Source of the DNA: an uncultured Chromatiaceae bacterium
Lineage (GTDB): Bacteria; Pseudomonadota; Gammaproteobacteria; Tenderiales; Tenderiaceae
Reading direction: 5' to 3'
Assembly (NCBI GenBank): GCA_945787785.1
Contig: CALZIO010000005.1
Span: 26,921-90,920, forward strand
Length of the DNA stretch: 64,000 nt
Shown here: in pieces, positions 1-9,595 of the stretch
How positions within the stretch are numbered: the stretch's first letter is position 1
Layout: each line of letters begins with the position of its first letter
The notes under the pieces: model-generated
Told to the model about the DNA's origin: nothing
Seen by the model: the letters and a program-made list of their open reading frames with translations, nothing else
Database searches by the model: none
Made by a program: the position numbers and the translations under genes

Positions 1-23
1 GTCAAATTATGGATAATATTTAA

Positions 24-1253
24 ATGCGCAAACACATTTTGCTAAAGGGCTTGCTGCCCTCATTGCTACTCGCTTCCACCCAAGCAGGTGCTTTACCCTT
101 CCAGACACTCGACACCCGTTCATTGAGTATGGGTGGGGTTGGTGTTGCTTCAGGCAATAGTGCCAGTGCGGGTTATATGAATCCGGCGTTGCTTTCATTA
201 GCCCCGGAGGATGAAGATTTTCGTTTGGTTTTCTCGGGTGGGGCACGTTATCTGGATCCGGATGATCTGGCGGATGCCGTCATCGATTTTGACAACAATA
301 ACTATATTGATGGTTTCAGCGATGCCATTGATGCATTCAATACTACGCCGGGGCCAGGTACCGCAAATAATGTTGTAAGTGCCGGTGATGACCTTTTGGC
401 TGGGTTGCGCAGTGTTTCAAATAAAACTGCATATGCTGAAGGGTTTGGTGGCCTTGTCATGGCATTTCCAGGCAAGAAGGTGGGTGTTTCTGTGCATCTT
501 GCTGGCCGGGCGCTTGGTGACGGCAAGGCTAATCTTTCTGAAAGTGACATAAATTCAATTCAGGCAATCCTTGATCAGCTGGATGCTGGGGATTTTAGTT
601 CGATTACAAACCCAACTTCCACTTTAAGCTCTGATCTCAGGGGCCGTGGGGCGCTTGTTGGCGAGGTAGGGCTTGCCTTATCCCATGAATTTAAATCATG
701 GGGTGGAATCGCCATCGGCGTGACACCGAAATATTTGAAATTACAAACCTATGATTACGAGTTCGTGGGTGACGCTCTGGATACGGCAGAGATTGATGCC
801 GAGGTCGGTGAAATCGACTATACCGATTTCAATTTCGATCTTGGTTTGGCAAAGGATTTTGGTAACGGTTGGCGCGCAGGTCTTGTAGCGAAAAATCTGA
901 TCAGTGAAGACTATCTAACTGCGAATAACAATGTGGTAAAAATTGAACCCCAGTTACGTCTTGGTGTATCCAGGGGCGGTGAGAACTGGATCTTGGCAGT
1001 TGATATTGATTTGGTTGAAAATGAACCGGCTGGTTTTGAGTCCAAATCACAATTTATTGGTGTGGGTGGCGAAGTCAGCTTTTTTGGCTGGCTGGATTTA
1101 CGTGCCGGTTATCAGCATAACATGAGTGATTCGAATGACAGCATGCCAACCCTTGGTCTTGGTCTTTCACCTGGTTGGTTCCATCTTGATTTCGCTGTGG
1201 CCGGTAATGATGACCAACTTGCTGCATCAGTACAGATGGGATTCGTTTTCTAG
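24..1253 (+). CDS. Outer-membrane beta-barrel protein, TraF_2-like (paralogue 1)
   Basis: 409-aa ORF. Signal-peptide-like N-terminus (LLLASTQAGA). N-terminal motif SLSMGGVGVASG...NPALLS and aromatic C-terminus (QMGFVF), typical of OM barrels. Family name recalled from memory, not verified. Confidence 0.7.
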   Translation: MRKHILLKGLLPSLLLASTQAGALPFQTLDTRSLSMGGVGVASGNSASAGYMNPALLSLAPEDEDFRLVFSGGARYLDPDDLADAVIDFDNNNYIDGFSDAIDAFNTTPGPGTANNVVSAGDDLLAGLRSVSNKTAYAEGFGGLVMAFPGKKVGVSVHLAGRALGDGKANLSESDINSIQAILDQLDAGDFSSITNPTSTLSSDLRGRGALVGEVGLALSHEFKSWGGIAIGVTPKYLKLQTYDYEFVGDALDTAEIDAEVGEIDYTDFNFDLGLAKDFGNGWRAGLVAKNLISEDYLTANNNVVKIEPQLRLGVSRGGENWILAVDIDLVENEPAGFESKSQFIGVGGEVSFFGWLDLRAGYQHNMSDSNDSMPTLGLGLSPGWFHLDFAVAGNDDQLAASVQMGFVF

Positions 1254-1421
1254 TTATCCAAACATTAGAATGATTGCGTGATTAGCCTCGCCAAGGTTTG
1301 GTGGGGCTTTTTATTATTTGACGGATTAGCAGCCAGATTTGAGTTAAACTCCTGTTTAGAGGCGCGTTGAATGAGTTGTCACTAATGTTTATCAGTAATG
1401 TGTTGTTCCGGGAAGTAAAAA

Positions 1422-2693
1422 ATGTCGTGCATGGCTAAGCCCTTACGTCTGCTAGCTGGAGTGGCGTCAGCCTCGGTCTTGTTTTCAAGTCAGGTGGCAG
1501 CGTTGCCCTATGGTTCGCTTGATCCCTATGGGTTTTCACTTGGGGGGACTGGTGTCGCCCATGGCACGAATGCCAATGCTATTTTTTATAATCCTGCGTT
1601 ATTGTCTATTACAGGCGAGACACAAGAGATTAGTCTAATGGCGGGTGCTCGATTTTCAGATAAGGAAAAGGTGCTCGACGCTTTAGCCACTTATCAAGAT
1701 AATGGCATGGAAGCGGCTTATGATACGGCGCTTGATGATTACAAGGCGGGAGCTTCTAATGGGCGGCAGGATGTAGTCGACACGACTACAGCATTGGGTA
1801 ATCAACTGGTCTTGATGGCTAACAAGCCGATTCAGAGAGAATACCTTTACGCTGCGGTGTTTGCCATTCCCAATAAAAAAATTGATATGTCGCTCTTGAT
1901 TGATAGCAGGGAGGTTGGTGGTGCTCAGATCTTTCCGACAAGCAATGACATAAATGAATTGCTGCGGGTAAGAAATGAAGCAGGTGAAGGCTCTCTCTCG
2001 CCAGATGAGTCATTTGACTCTTCGCAGCTTACCTCGCATATGTTGGGCCGAGGCTTGATTATGAATGAGATAGGGCTGTCACTTTCCAGTGTGTTCAATG
2101 TTGGTGGTCATGATATCGCATTTGGTATGACTCCCAAGTTTGTGATGGCGACTAGTTTTGATTACGCGCTGAGTGTCATTGTTGCCGATTATGATTCAAG
2201 CCTGGGGCAGAAAAGAGATAATGCTATCGATATCGATGTCGGTGCTGCCAAAGAATTTGATAATGGCTGGACGACTGGTTTTGCAATTAAAAACCTGATC
2301 GGACAAGAGTACCAGACTCAGCCATATGTGGATCCTAAATTGACAGGTCTTGGCTTCACCGTGAATCCAAGCATTATTAAAATTAAACCACAAGCGCGAA
2401 TAGGTGCTTCGCATACGACCAAGTGGACCACAGTTGCTTTTGATCTGGATCTGAATGAAAGTGAGTCATTTGGTTTTGACTCTAAAACACAATATCTTGC
2501 CTTAGGCGCCCAATTGAACGTGTTTGAAATGACGCAGTTGCGTCTCGGTTATCGCCATAACATGAGTGATACCAGTACCAGTATTGCCACTATTGGTATT
2601 GGCTTAGATCTGTCTGGAGTGCAGCTGGATTTAGCCGCGGGTGCTAGTGAGGATGAGATTGCCTACTCAATCCAAATCGGATTTCGGATATAG
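1422..2693 (+). CDS. Outer-membrane beta-barrel protein, TraF_2-like (paralogue 2)
   Basis: 423-aa ORF. Shares N-terminal (SLGGTGVAHG...NPALLS) and C-terminal (LRLGYRHNMSD...IGIGL) blocks with the upstream ORF. Ends IGFRI. The true start may be the ATG at 1431. Confidence 0.7.
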   Translation: MSCMAKPLRLLAGVASASVLFSSQVAALPYGSLDPYGFSLGGTGVAHGTNANAIFYNPALLSITGETQEISLMAGARFSDKEKVLDALATYQDNGMEAAYDTALDDYKAGASNGRQDVVDTTTALGNQLVLMANKPIQREYLYAAVFAIPNKKIDMSLLIDSREVGGAQIFPTSNDINELLRVRNEAGEGSLSPDESFDSSQLTSHMLGRGLIMNEIGLSLSSVFNVGGHDIAFGMTPKFVMATSFDYALSVIVADYDSSLGQKRDNAIDIDVGAAKEFDNGWTTGFAIKNLIGQEYQTQPYVDPKLTGLGFTVNPSIIKIKPQARIGASHTTKWTTVAFDLDLNESESFGFDSKTQYLALGAQLNVFEMTQLRLGYRHNMSDTSTSIATIGIGLDLSGVQLDLAAGASEDEIAYSIQIGFRI

Positions 2694-2701
2694 CCGTCAG
2701 C

Positions 2702-2744
2702 CACCCATAAAAAAGCCCGGTTTCGCCGGGCTTTTTTATGGGTG
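2702..2744. terminator. Bidirectional rho-independent terminator between convergent genes
   Basis: Perfect palindrome CACCCATAAAAAAGCCCGG-tttcg-CCGGGCTTTTTTATGGGTG. GC stem flanked by A-run and T-run. Lies between the OMP gene (+) and crp (-). Confidence 0.85.
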
Positions 2745-2757
2745 CTATACACCGGTA

Positions 2758-3399
2758 TTATCGCGTCCCAAACACCACGATGGTTTTGCCCTTGGCCGAG
2801 ATCATATTTTGTTGTTCAAGGCTTTTTAATACGCGCCCCACCATTTCACGTGAGCAGCCAACGATACGGCCCAGCTCCTGGCGGGTAATTTTGATCTGCA
2901 TGCCATCCGGGTGGGTCATGGCGTCAGGTTGGCTGCATAAGTCCAGCAGCGTTTTGGCAACCCGGCCGCTAACATCCATGAAGGCCAGACGCGAGGCCAT
3001 ATTGGAGGTGCGGCGCAGACGCAAAGCCATTTGTGAGGCCATCTGAAAAATCACATCTGTGTGATCCTTGGCCATCTGGCGAAAGCGTTCATAGCTGATT
3101 TCTGCCACCTCACATTCTCCCCGGGCGCGGACCCAGGCGCTACGTTGCGGTGTTTCACTGAACAGGCCCAGCTCGCCGAAAAAGTCCCCGCAATTCAGAT
3201 ATGCCAACACCATCTCATTACCGTCATCATCCTCGGAGACCACGCTGACCGAACCTTCGGTGATGTAATAGAGAGAATCGGGCGTATCGCCACCATGAAT
3301 GATGACACTTTTATTGGGGTAGCGGCGGCGGTGGCAATGTGAAATAAAGCTTTCAATTGCCGGGGTAAGCTTAGGGTTGGGGGTTTTCGCTAATGTCAT
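2758..3399 (-). CDS. crp: cAMP receptor protein Crp/Vfr family transcriptional regulator
   Basis: C-terminal helix-turn-helix [41 protein letters not shown] is near-identical to E. coli CRP. cNMP-binding block [10 protein letters not shown] present. The ORF track starts at a TTG (3429); I prefer the ATG at 3399 ([10 protein letters not shown], Vfr-like N-terminus). Confidence 0.92.
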   Translation of the reverse strand: MTLAKTPNPKLTPAIESFISHCHRRRYPNKSVIIHGGDTPDSLYYITEGSVSVVSEDDDGNEMVLAYLNCGDFFGELGLFSETPQRSAWVRARGECEVAEISYERFRQMAKDHTDVIFQMASQMALRLRRTSNMASRLAFMDVSGRVAKTLLDLCSQPDAMTHPDGMQIKITRQELGRIVGCSREMVGRVLKSLEQQNMISAKGKTIVVFGTR

Positions 3400-3507
3400 T
3401 TTGAACTCATCACAATTGGACTCTATCAATAGCTATCGGCAATTTAAGGGTTTTGTTTGAGTTATCATACGATCTGTCTGAAATGCATGAATTTAAAGGA
3501 GTCGGGA

Positions 3508-3939
3508 ATGAAGGCGCGGATTAAGTGGGTCGAAAATGCCAAGTTTGTGGCCGAATCGGGTAGCGGTCATGCTGTGGTCATTGATGGCCCGCCTGACGGT
3601 GGGGGGCAAAATTTGGGTGTACGGCCGATGGAAATGCTGCTGATGGGCACTGGGGCGTGCAGCGCCTATGATGTGCTGCTGATTTTGCGCAAGGGGCGCC
3701 ATTCCGTAACAGACTGTGTATGCGAGGTGTCTGCTGAGCGGGCTGATGAAGTACCTGCAGTCTTCACTAAAATTCATCTCCATTTTATCGTGTCGGGGCA
3801 CGGTCTGAAGCAAAGTGTCGTTAAGCGGGCGGTGGAATTGTCGGCAGAGAAATACTGTTCCGCATCCATCATGTTAGGCAAGAGTGCTGAAATCAGCCAT
3901 GACTTTGAGGTCATAGAAATAGAAGGTGGAGCACTATGA
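3508..3939 (+). CDS. OsmC/Ohr family peroxiredoxin-like protein
   Basis: Motifs GVRPMEMLLMGTGACSAYDV and AEKYCSAS carry the two conserved Cys of the OsmC family. ATG at 3508 is preceded by AAAGGAG. The upstream TTG extension was rejected. Confidence 0.85.
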   Translation: MKARIKWVENAKFVAESGSGHAVVIDGPPDGGGQNLGVRPMEMLLMGTGACSAYDVLLILRKGRHSVTDCVCEVSAERADEVPAVFTKIHLHFIVSGHGLKQSVVKRAVELSAEKYCSASIMLGKSAEISHDFEVIEIEGGAL

Positions 3940-4334
3940 TCAAGCCTCAGCCGACCTCGGGTATGCGCCATGTGGCATTGTTTGCCGTTGACCTAGAGGC
4001 CAGTGAACGCTTTTATGTTGATCTGATGGGAATGCAGCTGGAGTGGCGTCCGGATCCGGACAATGTCTATCTGACTTCCGGCAATGATAACTTGGCATTG
4101 CATCGGGCGCCGGATAGTTATGACATGTCAGGCGACCAGGTGCTGGATCATATTGGATTTATTATTGATGACATCAATCAGGTCGATGTTTGGTTTGATT
4201 TTCTCCGTGGTCATGATATCGAGATGAAGACCGAACCACGCACCCACCGCGATGGAGCACGCAGTTTTTATTGTCTTGACCCGGGTGGTAACACCGTACA
4301 GATCATTCACCATCCACCAATCAGTCAAAAATAG
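3936..4334 (+). CDS. VOC (glyoxalase/bleomycin-resistance/dioxygenase) family protein
   Basis: 132 aa. MRHVALFAVDLEASERFYVDLMGM...HIGF...SFYCLDPGGNTVQI pattern typical of the VOC fold. Start overlaps the osmC stop (ATGA). Confidence 0.8.
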   Translation: MIKPQPTSGMRHVALFAVDLEASERFYVDLMGMQLEWRPDPDNVYLTSGNDNLALHRAPDSYDMSGDQVLDHIGFIIDDINQVDVWFDFLRGHDIEMKTEPRTHRDGARSFYCLDPGGNTVQIIHHPPISQK

Positions 4335-4421
4335 TTTTCTAATTTGTGGGAATGGTAGATAATTCGCGCCTTATCCCGTGAGCATTACTGCAGGGATAGT
4401 CCATTGCCAGGAGAATGGTCG

Positions 4422-5234
4422 ATGCCAACTCAGATGAAAAAGCTAAAACTACATGGATTTAACAACCTAACCAAGACCCTGAGTTTTAATATCTACGATA
4501 TCTGTTATGCGGTGACGCCGACGCAGCGCCAGGAGTATATTGAGTATATCGACGAAGCCTACAATGCTGAGCGCCTGACCCAGATTCTGACTGACGTGAC
4601 AAACATCATCGGCGCCAATATTCTCAATATCGCGCATCAAGATTATGATCCCGAGGGGGCGAGTGTCACCATCCTTATTTCAGAAGAGCCAATTATGGCG
4701 GAAGAACTCTCCAATACGGAGGCGCCGGGTCCTTTGCCGGAGTCGGTGGTAGGGCATCTGGATAAAAGCCACATCACTGTGCACACCTATCCAGAGAGTC
4801 ATCCGGATGGTGGCATTAGTACCTTTCGTGCTGATATAGACGTATCAACATGCGGCCGTATTTCACCATTGAAGGCCTTGAACTACCTGATCCACCAATT
4901 TGAATCAGACATCGTCATTATGGATTACCGCGTGCGTGGTTTTACTCGTGATGTGCGCGGTAAAAAACATTACATTGATCACAAGATCAGTTCGATACAG
5001 AATTACATTGCCAGAGACACCAAAGAGAAATATCAGATGATCGATGTCAATGTCTATCAGGAGAATATCTTTCATACCAAAATGATGTTGAAAGAGCTTC
5101 ACCTGGAAGACTACATGTTTGGTGATTTACCGGAAGATTTAAGTCCTAAAGAGGCTAAGGCAATTGACCAGAAGGTGAAGCGGGAGATGGCGGAGATTTT
5201 TTATGGCCGGAATTTGCAAAGGGGATTGCAATAA
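4422..5234 (+). CDS. speD: S-adenosylmethionine decarboxylase proenzyme
   Basis: Collinear with E. coli SpeD ([14 protein letters not shown]..., [38 protein letters not shown]). AGGAGA sits 7 nt before the ATG at 4422. An alternative ATG lies at 4434. Confidence 0.95.
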   Translation: MPTQMKKLKLHGFNNLTKTLSFNIYDICYAVTPTQRQEYIEYIDEAYNAERLTQILTDVTNIIGANILNIAHQDYDPEGASVTILISEEPIMAEELSNTEAPGPLPESVVGHLDKSHITVHTYPESHPDGGISTFRADIDVSTCGRISPLKALNYLIHQFESDIVIMDYRVRGFTRDVRGKKHYIDHKISSIQNYIARDTKEKYQMIDVNVYQENIFHTKMMLKELHLEDYMFGDLPEDLSPKEAKAIDQKVKREMAEIFYGRNLQRGLQ

Positions 5235-5336
5235 TCCCTGTGGTGTGATTTTCTACAGTCGATGTAATGAATGCTATTAATTCGGGTGCCGTAAAAAAAC
5301 AGCCCGACTAGTTAAGCTAACTTTGTTTGAGACTGG

Positions 5337-5981
5337 CTAAATTTTGTACGCCAAAGTTGTCATTACCTTGGATGTCAATCCCATCAGCTTTTTCACTGGC
5401 GTCGGTAGGTCTGCACCGCCGTGTTGTAATGCAACCGTAGCATGATGTGCTTCGTCCACTTTCATTTGTTCAAGCACGGCACGGCTTTTTTCATCCTGTT
5501 CTGGCAGGCTTTCAAGATGCTCTTCTAAATGCTTAATGACTTGGTGCTCTGTTTCGGCAACGAAACCCAGGCTCCATTTGTCGCCCGCAACACCAGCAGC
5601 GGCGCCAATAGCAAGTGAGCCTAAGTACCATAAAGGATTGATCAGACTTTTATGGCTATCCAGTTCGTTGAGGCGGCGTTCACACCATTCCAGATGGTCA
5701 TTTTCTTCCATCGCAGCCCGTTCCATTTTTTTGCGCACGCCGGGTAGGCGGGCGGTGAGTGCCTGGCCAGTATAAAGACCCTGGGCTGAAACTTCACCGG
5801 CATGGTTAACGCGCATAAGTCCGGCGGCATGTTTTTTTTCTGCTGCGCTCATCTCGGTCTCTTCAATGTCTTCCGCGGGATTAGCGCGTTCAGTTATCTG
5901 TGGTTGGCCAAAGATAGTGCGCATAGCGTTATCAATATTGCCGATTAATTTGTCCGCAGGTGTGTATGTCCGTTCAGTCAT
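5337..5981 (-). CDS. coq7: Demethoxyubiquinone hydroxylase (Coq7 family di-iron protein)
   Basis: RVNHAGEVSAQGLY, EENDHLEWC and VDEAHH motifs (di-iron ligands) at Coq7 spacing. 214 aa. Confidence 0.88.
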   Translation of the reverse strand: MTERTYTPADKLIGNIDNAMRTIFGQPQITERANPAEDIEETEMSAAEKKHAAGLMRVNHAGEVSAQGLYTGQALTARLPGVRKKMERAAMEENDHLEWCERRLNELDSHKSLINPLWYLGSLAIGAAAGVAGDKWSLGFVAETEHQVIKHLEEHLESLPEQDEKSRAVLEQMKVDEAHHATVALQHGGADLPTPVKKLMGLTSKVMTTLAYKI

Positions 5982-6041
5982 AATAGTTAAAAATGTTTGA
6001 TGGTGTCATTGACATTAAGTTGCATTGGTCTAGAACGATAA

Positions 6042-7901
6042 TCAGCTCGACTGGCGTGCCCGGGTACTGCCCTGACGATACAATAACAAGCTGAGTAATA
6101 ATAGTGTCATCCATATTGATAGGTTACCAGCACCACTGCTTGATGCTGATGGGTTATCTTTAGTTATAACCACAAACGATGTTTGTACGCCGCCAATGCT
6201 AAGGATCGTTTCTCTGCGGCTGCTATAGGTGCTGGCGGATGTAAGCCGAACTTCCAAGGTGTCATTGTTGAATAGGTTGCCAGAGGCGGATGTAAAACTG
6301 CCGCCATTGATACGATATTCACCTGCTGCAATGCCTATCGTGGTGGCTCCACCTATTCCGGTGATAGTTATCGGCTCTGAGATGATGGCAGTGTTAAGTT
6401 CGGCATCGACTACGGGAGAAATGACGATGCTATTCGGGGTTGTGTCTCCACGTGTGGTGACGCTAAAAGTTGTGCTTGCGCCACCCACCGTCAACGTTGT
6501 CTCAACAGTGCTATCAAACTGGCTTGAAGATGTTAGTTGTACCGTTATTTTATCACCGTTTTTGACTGTTCCTAGTTCGGAAGTGAAGGCGCCTTCATTC
6601 ACTTTATATTCTGCGTTATAAAGAATCGAGTTTGTCTCGGGAGAGAATTGTGCTTTTGCAGTAATACTAATGGGAGCTAGAGTAATAGTATTGGGTTCCT
6701 CAAATAATCCTGCGATCGTGATGGTGTCTGATGTTATTGTTGAGGCAAGGGCGACGCCTGTCTGTGCGGTGAAGCTGAAGTTGTCTGTGTCAGGTGTTAC
6801 CGGTGTTAGATTTTTGAGGTATGAAAAATTATTGCTGAGCAGGTTTGTAACTAATAGGTCAGAAAAGGTGTCATCGGTGACGTCTTGGATAAAAAGACCG
6901 CTTGGACCTTTAAGCGCCGAAAAGTCGGCTTTAGTGCTCAGATTTGCGCTGCCATCATTTGTATAAACAGAAACAGTGTCTGATTCATTGTTTGTGACGG
7001 CAATATCGAGGTCTTCGTCTTCATCAAGATCGCCCATCGCGATAGTGTGCGGAGTGGTGCCGGCGCTATGGTCGATCTTGGCGGCAAAGGTGCCGTTTAG
7101 GTTGTTCATCAAAATTGAGATGGTGGCGTCAGCGCTATTGCTGATAGCCAAATCAGGAAAGTTGTCGTTATTAAGATTGCCGCTGGCTACTGAAAATGGT
7201 TGTGTGCCAGTGACGTAATCAACTTTGGCCGCAAAGGTGCCGTCGCCGTTGTTAAGAAATATCGATACTGTGTCACTGTTCATATTGACCACGGCCAAAT
7301 CAATATCAGTATCGCCGTCCAAATCTGCGGCGGTGATTGAGTTGGGTGATGTTCCTGTTGCGTAATCAACTTTTGCGGCAAAGGTTCCATCACCGTTATT
7401 GATTAATACCGAAATACTATTGCTGCTGCTATTGGCCACAATCAGGTCTGCATCAGCGCCTGTCAATTCCGCGGCGACTACATAGACTGGGGCGGTTGCA
7501 GTTGCGTAATCCACTTTACTGGCGAAGGTGCCGTTGCCATTATTGATGAAGACTGAGATGGTGTCGCCGTCACGATTGGCCGTGATTAGGTCTAAACCGC
7601 CGACATTATTAACATCAGCGTTGGTGATTGAGTAAGGCGCAGCCCCGGTTGTGTAGGTTATTGCGTCTCCAAAATTCTCATTGCCTTGACCAAGCAGTAC
7701 GGCTATTTGATTTTCGTTTTGGTTTGTAACTGCTAAATCAAAGATGTTATCTGTGTTGAAATCGGCGCTGGTGATTGAACGCGGTGATGCGTCTGTCGCC
7801 AGGGTGTCAATAACCTCATAATCCTTAAATACAGTTGCCCATGCCGCTTGACTCGTCAGCATTGCCAGGGTAACAAAACTTCTTGCGAATACAGCACGCA
7901 T
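6042..7901 (-). CDS. Secreted FG-GAP/VCBS-repeat beta-propeller protein with two C-terminal Ig-like repeats and a hydrophobic-basic tail
   Basis: Signal peptide. About 7 repeats of the pattern D.D.DLAV.N..S.T.S.(F)LNNGDGTFA.KVDY. Two roughly 100-aa repeats (Y.INGG.F TS..G.. .N.D...V.LTS...). Tail is SGAGNLSIWMTLLLLSLLLYRQGSTRARQSS. GGGAG RBS. Confidence 0.8.
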   Translation of the reverse strand: MRAVFARSFVTLAMLTSQAAWATVFKDYEVIDTLATDASPRSITSADFNTDNIFDLAVTNQNENQIAVLLGQGNENFGDAITYTTGAAPYSITNADVNNVGGLDLITANRDGDTISVFINNGNGTFASKVDYATATAPVYVVAAELTGADADLIVANSSSNSISVLINNGDGTFAAKVDYATGTSPNSITAADLDGDTDIDLAVVNMNSDTVSIFLNNGDGTFAAKVDYVTGTQPFSVASGNLNNDNFPDLAISNSADATISILMNNLNGTFAAKIDHSAGTTPHTIAMGDLDEDEDLDIAVTNNESDTVSVYTNDGSANLSTKADFSALKGPSGLFIQDVTDDTFSDLLVTNLLSNNFSYLKNLTPVTPDTDNFSFTAQTGVALASTITSDTITIAGLFEEPNTITLAPISITAKAQFSPETNSILYNAEYKVNEGAFTSELGTVKNGDKITVQLTSSSQFDSTVETTLTVGGASTTFSVTTRGDTTPNSIVISPVVDAELNTAIISEPITITGIGGATTIGIAAGEYRINGGSFTSASGNLFNNDTLEVRLTSASTYSSRRETILSIGGVQTSFVVITKDNPSASSSGAGNLSIWMTLLLLSLLLYRQGSTRARQSS

Positions 7902-7977
7902 GTGTGAACTCCCAAAATTCCTTAATCGATTAAATGATATTCCCGTAGTTTATCAGATGTAGAGCCTGGCCGGATGA

Positions 7978-9201
7978 TCAGGCCTGTGGGTGCATCTGCC
8001 TGGCCAGCAGGGAAACCGGGTGAAGTATTTCAAATTTTATGTTGGCGCTCTTGGCGCCTGCCCCCAGATGCAGGGCGCAGCCAATATTGGCCGTGACGAG
8101 AAAATCTGGTGTTGTCAATTTAACGGCCTCAATCTTGTCATTTTGCAGCTTATCCGCCATCTCGGGGTGATCAATCATGTAACTGCCTGCGGCGCCACAG
8201 CACTGCTCATTGCCGGGCAGGGCCATAACATCCAGCTCCGGGATTCGCTTGAGTAGGGCATACGTCGAATCGGTCTCTTTTAGGACATTGCGTTGGCTGC
8301 ATGGTTCATGAACGACAACCTTTTTAGTCAGGGGCTTGAATTGGAGTGAGTCAGGCCATTCGATCTGGCTGAGGAAGGTATTGATATCGCATACTGGCAG
8401 CGAGGTATCAATTACCTTTTCATATTCTTTTAGATAGCTGCCGCAGCCAGTGGCGCAGCTGATCACGGCGGCTATATCGAGCTGGGCAAAGGCATCGAGG
8501 TTTTGTTGCGCCAACTGGCGGGCTTTCTGGCTGTCACCATTATGTTGATGCAGGGCGCCGCAACAAGTTTGTTGATTGGGGACATGTACACCATACCCGC
8601 AGGCGTTTAATATCAGGATGGAGTCGTCCAGAGTGGCCTGGTCAAACATGTCACCGAAACATCCGATGAACAGGGCGACATCACCCTGGTGGTCAAATTT
8701 GCTTGGATAATAGTCGCGCCAGTCATGTGGCTGGCGAATGCTGGGCGCCAGCCGTTCGAAACGTTCCAACCCCATTGCCCTGGTCACGCCCAACCCTCTG
8801 CCAAGTGCGCGCAGTCCTGTTTTGTTGGCCAGCCAGAGCAGCTTGGCGTCACGGCGCTGGCGTGATTTGTCTGTGGCAAGTTGGGTCAGAGAAATTCTTT
8901 TTTCAGTGGGTGAATTGTCTTGTGCCAGTGTGCTGCGGGCGCTGTCCATGATGTCACCAAATTGTACGCTGGAGGGGCAGACAGCCTCACAGGCACGGCA
9001 GAGCAAGCAGTTGTCCAGGTGGCTGATCAGTTTTTCGTCGGCCTGCAGCTGGTCGTTGGCCAGGCCCAGAATCAGGGAGATGCGCCCGCGTGGCGATTCC
9101 GCCTCATTCCCGGTTTTATTGTAAGTTGGGCAATGAGGCAGACAGAGACCGCACATGACGCAAAGGTCTGCGTCCAGTTTAGTTTTGGGATCGATTTTCA
9201 A
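7978..9201 (-). CDS. GlcF-like (Fe-S)-binding oxidoreductase subunit (two 4Fe-4S motifs plus two CCG domains)
   Basis: CVMCGLCLPHCP and CLLCRACEAVCP ferredoxin motifs, followed by two Cys-rich CCG-type blocks (QTCCGA..., EQCCGAAG). TTG start. No glcD/glcE neighbours. Confidence 0.8.
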   Translation of the reverse strand: MKIDPKTKLDADLCVMCGLCLPHCPTYNKTGNEAESPRGRISLILGLANDQLQADEKLISHLDNCLLCRACEAVCPSSVQFGDIMDSARSTLAQDNSPTEKRISLTQLATDKSRQRRDAKLLWLANKTGLRALGRGLGVTRAMGLERFERLAPSIRQPHDWRDYYPSKFDHQGDVALFIGCFGDMFDQATLDDSILILNACGYGVHVPNQQTCCGALHQHNGDSQKARQLAQQNLDAFAQLDIAAVISCATGCGSYLKEYEKVIDTSLPVCDINTFLSQIEWPDSLQFKPLTKKVVVHEPCSQRNVLKETDSTYALLKRIPELDVMALPGNEQCCGAAGSYMIDHPEMADKLQNDKIEAVKLTTPDFLVTANIGCALHLGAGAKSANIKFEILHPVSLLARQMHPQA

Positions 9202-9285
9202 GGACGGCTCACCGCATGCGACGTAAAAAGTGGATGATTCCGCTATTATATCGGCTTTTAAGAATTACGGACTGAAGAGGGTAAA

Positions 9286-9594
9286 ATGGTTTATTACACA
9301 CGTCATGCCTTTATCTGCGCTAATCAAACTTCGGATGGCAGCGCTTGCTGCCAGGACCACAACGCGTTGGCGATGGTGAAATATGCCAAGGATAGGCTCA
9401 AGGAGCTGGGTATGTTTGGGCCGGGCAAAGTGAGGCTGAATAAGTCCGGCTGCATGGGGCGTTGCGCGGAAGGGCCGGTGTTGGTGGTCTATCCAGACGA
9501 GACTTGGTACACCTATGTGGATAAAGAAGATGTTGAAGAAATCATTCAGGAACACCTGATCAAGGGCCATGTTGTCCAACGCCTGAAAATCTGA
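9286..9594 (+). CDS. Thioredoxin-like [2Fe-2S] ferredoxin
   Basis: 102 aa. Cys pattern C..(x8)..CC ... SGCMGRCAEGPVLVVYPD, typical of thioredoxin-fold 2Fe-2S ferredoxins. GAGGG RBS. Confidence 0.75.
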   Translation: MVYYTRHAFICANQTSDGSACCQDHNALAMVKYAKDRLKELGMFGPGKVRLNKSGCMGRCAEGPVLVVYPDETWYTYVDKEDVEEIIQEHLIKGHVVQRLKI

Positions 9595-9595
9595 C

